Assembly: GCA_964448285.1 (NCBI GenBank)
Contig: CAYUWG010000016.1
Location: forward strand, 188 to 64,187
From: an uncultured Chromatiales bacterium
GTDB taxonomy: Bacteria; Bacteroidota; Ignavibacteria; SZUA-365
Direction: 5' to 3'
DNA: 64,000 bases
Part shown: piece by piece, positions 60,539-64,000 of the stretch
How the letters are laid out: each line of letters begins with the position of its first letter
Numbering within the stretch: the first letter of the stretch is position 1
Notes under the pieces: generated by a model
Told to the model about the DNA's origin: nothing
Database searches by the model: none
What the model saw: the letters and a program-made list of their open reading frames with translations, nothing else
Position numbers and translations under genes: made by a program

Positions 60539-61469
60539 TCTCTGCCACCTCAGTCATCTTCACCGGTTTCGTTTTCTCGATAAACTCATACGCGAACTTG
60601 AGCGCTTCGTGGTGTTCCGAAGGCATCGGAAGATACTTCGCGAACTTGGTCATATCCGCAACACGAAGGACTTGTTCGAGCCGCGTTATCAAATGCGGTT
60701 CGAAACCGTGGAGCGCAATACCGGCGATGATCTCGCTCGTAACTTGCTCCAAAGCCGGGACGCCGTGACCATGCTCGATGTACCAGCGAAGAATTTCCGT
60801 CAGTTCGCTTTGATACTCCTTCGCTTTGCCGCTCTGCCACATATTCTTCGCTTCCAATTCGTGCAGACGTTGGAGGGCGATCTCATGCGCGGGTACATCA
60901 GGCGGTATCTCGACAGCAGCCTCCGGCTCCGGACGACGTTTATGCCAGCGCCATCCGAAATACAACAGCGCTGCGATTGCCAGTATGATGCCGGCATACA
61001 GCAAGTAATCCCAGACCGTCAGCGGGACATCGAGCACGTCTTTGATTTCCTTGAACGTGATACTCGTATCAAGCTCGACAGTCCGAATCTCCAACACGAG
61101 CGGCTCTGAACGCACGACGGATGTGTCGTCGCCCACGAAGCTCTTCACTAAAGCCTGAACTTCAACCTTCCCGGTGTCGAATGAGGCGAGCGTGTATCGG
61201 CGTGCATATACTTTCTTTCCATTCTTCTCCTCGACGGATTGCTCCTTCATGGAAATGAAATCCGCCTTTTCGAAATCCGCTGATGACGCCGGAAGTTGAA
61301 TGCGAGCATCTTTCGGTGCGGTGACATGAAGGTCAACGACAATCCACTCACCGATGAGATAGCGAGTCGAATCCACGTGAAGCGATGCAGTGATGTCTTG
61401 TGCAAGAAGTGCTTGCGTGCTTGCACAAAGAGCGAGCGTGATCACGATCCATTGTGTTGCGCGCGTCAT
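60531..61469 (-). CDS. Bat-operon membrane protein (signal peptide + periplasmic domain + TM + cytoplasmic helical domain; DUF4381-like)
   Basis: Start taken at internal MTRATQWIVITLALCASTQALLAQ, abutting the DUF58 stop. The ORF-track 5' extension overlaps DUF58 and is not signal-like. TM: YLLYAGIILAIAALLYFGW. Confidence 0.45.
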   Translation of the reverse strand: MTRATQWIVITLALCASTQALLAQDITASLHVDSTRYLIGEWIVVDLHVTAPKDARIQLPASSADFEKADFISMKEQSVEEKNGKKVYARRYTLASFDTGKVEVQALVKSFVGDDTSVVRSEPLVLEIRTVELDTSITFKEIKDVLDVPLTVWDYLLYAGIILAIAALLYFGWRWHKRRPEPEAAVEIPPDVPAHEIALQRLHELEAKNMWQSGKAKEYQSELTEILRWYIEHGHGVPALEQVTSEIIAGIALHGFEPHLITRLEQVLRVADMTKFAKYLPMPSEHHEALKFAYEFIEKTKPVKMTEVAENV

Positions 61470-62341
61470 AATCGCCGCTCCCGCATTCTGAAAAATTCCA
61501 CGAGCGGCTGGACATACGAGCCTTGCACGTTCACACGGATGGAATCGACATTGGACGAGCGGAAGAGTCGCAGTCGTTCTTCCTGCATTCGCATCCAGCG
61601 GGAGGTATATTCTTTCCTCACTCCGGGCAACGAAGTATCGATCCACTGTTCGAGACCGGTTTCCGCATCCTGCATCTTGACCAGTCCTACGTCCGGCAGT
61701 TCCGTCTCGCGCTTGTCGAACATTTGCACCGCAATGAGGTCGTGCTTCTTCCCGATGATCTTCAACGGCTTCTCGTAGCCTTCCGTGAAGAAGTCCGAAA
61801 CGAGGAATGCGATACATCGCTTCTTCATGACATGGTTAAAGTATTCCAGGGCGCCTTTGACGTCCGTCCCTGTGCCTTCCGGTTCGAAAGCGATGAACTC
61901 GCGAATGATGCGGAGAATATGAGTGCGGCCTTTCTTCGGCGGGATGAACTTCTCTATGCGATCCGTGAAGATGATCATCCCGACTTTGTCGTTGTTCTTG
62001 ATCGCGCTGAACGCCAGCACCGCGCACATCTCAGCGGCAACTTCGCGCTTGAACTTCGCGCCTGTTCCGTATGCCTGTGAACCGCTCATATCGACAAGTA
62101 ACATCACGGTCAATTCGCGTTCTTCCTCGAACACTTTGACGAAAGGACGATTGAAACGCGCCGAGACATTCCAATCGATCGTACGCACGTCATCGCCGAA
62201 CTGATATTCGCGTACTTCGGAGAATTCCATCCCGCGTCCTTTGAAGACGCTGTGGTATTCGCCGCTGAAGAGCTGATTGACCAGTCCGCGCGTGCGGATT
62301 TCGATCTGGCGAACGTTCCGTATGATTTCTTTCGTATCCAC
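61466..62341 (-). CDS. DUF58 domain protein (vWA-like fold, MoxR partner)
   Basis: VRQIEIRTRGLVNQLFSGEYHSVFKGRGMEFSEVREYQFGDDVRTIDWNVSAR...LLVDMSGSQ is the canonical DUF58 signature. Confidence 0.8.
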   Translation of the reverse strand: MDTKEIIRNVRQIEIRTRGLVNQLFSGEYHSVFKGRGMEFSEVREYQFGDDVRTIDWNVSARFNRPFVKVFEEERELTVMLLVDMSGSQAYGTGAKFKREVAAEMCAVLAFSAIKNNDKVGMIIFTDRIEKFIPPKKGRTHILRIIREFIAFEPEGTGTDVKGALEYFNHVMKKRCIAFLVSDFFTEGYEKPLKIIGKKHDLIAVQMFDKRETELPDVGLVKMQDAETGLEQWIDTSLPGVRKEYTSRWMRMQEERLRLFRSSNVDSIRVNVQGSYVQPLVEFFRMRERRL

Positions 62342-62353
62342 GAACGAATCTGC

Positions 62354-63343
62354 TTAGGGGACTTCGATGGTGTTGAGGATTTCCTGAATGATCGTTTCCG
62401 AAGTGACTTCCTCCGCTTCCGCCTCGTAGGTCACCGCGACGCGATGCCGAAGAACGTCGAAGCAAATCGCGCGGATGTCTTCCGGAATGACGTAGCCGCG
62501 ACGCTGGAGGAACGCGTGAGCCTTCCCTGCGATCGCAAGATTGATGCTTGCGCGAGGAGAACCGCCGTACGCGATGTAGTTGGCAAGTCCATCCATCTTG
62601 AAGCCTTTCGGATCGCGCGTTGCAATGACGATATCGAGAATGTACCGCTCGATCTTCTCATCCATATACACGGCATGCAAGGCGTGTCGCGCTTTAATGA
62701 TATCCTCCGTCGAAATTACGGGACTGACCTGCGGGACGTTATTGGCAACCTGTTGGCGCATGATGAGAAGCTCTTCATCGCGTTTGGGATAGTCGATTTT
62801 CACTTTCAGCATGAAGCGATCGACCTGTGCTTCGGGCAGCGGGTATGTCCCCTCCTGCTCGATAGGATTTTGCGTTGCCATGACTAAGAAAGGCTCCGAG
62901 AGTTTGTAGGTGCCTTCACCGATCGTCACCTGACGCTCCTGCATCGCTTCGAGAAGCGCGCTCTGTACTTTCGCCGGTGAGCGATTGATTTCATCGGCGA
63001 GAATGAAGTTTGCGAATATCGGGCCGTGCTTGGTCTGAAATTCTCCGTTCTTCTGATTGTAAATCATTGTCCCAACGAGGTCGGCAGGAAGCAGGTCCGG
63101 CGTGAACTGAATGCGATGGAAGGTGGCTTTCATCGCGGCGGCGAGCGTTTTGATTGCCGTTGTCTTCGCTAAGCCCGGCACGCCTTCGAGCAGAATATGG
63201 CCGTTGCCGAGCAACCCGATGAGCAGCCGGTCAACCATCGCCTTCTGACCGATGATTACCTTTCCGATCTCCATACGCAGCGCTTCGATGAACGCGCTTT
63301 CCTCCTGGATTTTCCGGTTGATTTCCTGAATATCGACGGACAT
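62354..63343 (-). CDS. MoxR-family AAA+ ATPase
   Basis: Walker A GHILLEGVPGLAKT, Walker B FANFILADEINRSPAKVQSALLEAM. 329 aa. First gene of the bat operon. Confidence 0.9.
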   Translation of the reverse strand: MSVDIQEINRKIQEESAFIEALRMEIGKVIIGQKAMVDRLLIGLLGNGHILLEGVPGLAKTTAIKTLAAAMKATFHRIQFTPDLLPADLVGTMIYNQKNGEFQTKHGPIFANFILADEINRSPAKVQSALLEAMQERQVTIGEGTYKLSEPFLVMATQNPIEQEGTYPLPEAQVDRFMLKVKIDYPKRDEELLIMRQQVANNVPQVSPVISTEDIIKARHALHAVYMDEKIERYILDIVIATRDPKGFKMDGLANYIAYGGSPRASINLAIAGKAHAFLQRRGYVIPEDIRAICFDVLRHRVAVTYEAEAEEVTSETIIQEILNTIEVP

Positions 63344-63663
63344 GAATGTCTCCTTTAGTGAATGCGGATTGCATGAAAAAACGCCTCGTTCCGTTCTTGC
63401 GTTCTAAGGCGTCTCACCTGTTGGCTTTCTTCTGCCAACGGGTACAAATCTACCGTTCGACTCAACTATGACGCAAACTGAAAACCATACGAAGTCAGGG
63501 TAAAAGCAGAGTATTGCTTTTCATGAATCTGGATGCATTGAATTTAGTTGGTTATGCTGTCGGGAATTGCTTCCCGACGGAAGGACCACGGTCTTGAAAA
63601 TGCATGAGAATATTCGTTCTTTGTGCTTGAAGAAGGAAAGCAAATCAATCGACGATGCTGATC

Positions 63664-64000
63664 ATGAAAACTCATTCAATCGCTGTGCTCTTCGTCGTTG
63701 TTCGATTCATTCTACTTTCCTTTCTCGCAATCTTCTGTTTAACCACAGTCCTTTATGGACAGGCGTACTGGGAAGTCAAGTATCTGCCAGCAGACGGGAT
63801 GGTTGGTGCGCTTGCAGTGAATGCCCAAGGCCATATCTTCGCGTCGCAAGGAGATGCAACGTGGCGGACTACGGATGAGGGAAAGACGTGGCTGCAACTT
63901 GCCGCTGAATTTCCAAGTTTTAGGCAAGATGTCGCTGTGGACAACAATGGAAGAGTCTTTTACTCGGGAGGTGGAGGCGTTTACTACTCGGATGATAATG
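63664..64000 (+). CDS. Secreted BNR/Asp-box-like repeat protein, 5' part only (runs off the window end)
   Basis: ATG at ~63664. MKTHSIAVLFVVVRFILLSFLAIFCLTTVLYGQAYW (signal/TM) then ...ATWRTTDEGKTWLQL (Asp-box). Open to position 64000, which is why it is absent from the ORF track. Confidence 0.5.
   Translation, partial: MKTHSIAVLFVVVRFILLSFLAIFCLTTVLYGQAYWEVKYLPADGMVGALAVNAQGHIFASQGDATWRTTDEGKTWLQLAAEFPSFRQDVAVDNNGRVFYSGGGGVYYSDDN

Noticed and set aside
60531-61817. Long 428-aa version of the Bat-operon membrane protein, and the similar long 5' extensions of ORFs at 36803, 34783, 20423 and 9914
   Set aside because: The 5' extensions overlap the preceding genes in another frame and contain no signal peptide or homology. 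Internal Met starts with signal peptides or conserved N-termini fit much better.
62252-62887. 211-aa plus-strand ORF
   Set aside because: It is antisense to the well-supported MoxR ATPase gene.

Overview
This 64-kb window looks like a chromosomal segment from an FCB-group bacterium (Ignavibacteria/Chlorobi/Bacteroidota-like). GC is about 50%. Shine-Dalgarno sites are visible (aaggag, aggagg). There are many type IX secretion (T9SS) C-terminal sorting domains and a histone-H1-like small protein. I found no integrases, transposases, CRISPR arrays or recognisable defense genes.

Core content, mostly tightly packed minus-strand operons:
- purC-psd-pssA-purS-purQ-tatA-HAD-site-2 protease.
- A dmpEFGH-like lower meta-cleavage operon: hydratase, acetaldehyde dehydrogenase, 4-hydroxy-2-oxovalerate aldolase, decarboxylase/hydratase.
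- rimP-nusA-infB-rbfA-truB-ribF-rpsO-pnp.
- The complete Bat aerotolerance operon: MoxR ATPase, DUF58, membrane protein, BatA, BatB, BatC, BatD, BatE.
- dacB, ftsX, udk, ssb, sucC (no adjacent sucD), a DUF72 protein, an HhH-GPD glycosylase, an M19 dipeptidase, a TonB-family protein, tRNA-Leu(CAG) and tRNA-Val(CAC).

Accessory content is dominated by secreted T9SS cargo:
- Four BNR/Asp-box beta-propeller proteins, two of them cut by the window edges.
- A 995-aa protein with roughly eight novel ~55-aa N-terminal repeats plus Ig-like domains.
- Two tandem paralogous cargo genes followed by an orphan frameshifted CTD fragment.
- Several outer-membrane beta-barrel paralog pairs.

The most unusual signals:
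- A 4 x 113-bp near-perfect tandem repeat array in the divergent intergenic region at 16771-17222.
- The 3' module of that repeat recurs as an imperfect direct repeat on the other side of the 995-aa T9SS gene, and again after another T9SS gene.
- A head-to-head overlap of dacB with a divergent secreted-protein gene.
- An operon coupling a BNR cargo with two PorP/PorV-like barrels and a GT4 glycosyltransferase.
- An AT-rich island upstream of sucC.

Coordinates I derived myself (tRNAs, repeats, terminators, adjusted starts) may be off by 1-2 bp.
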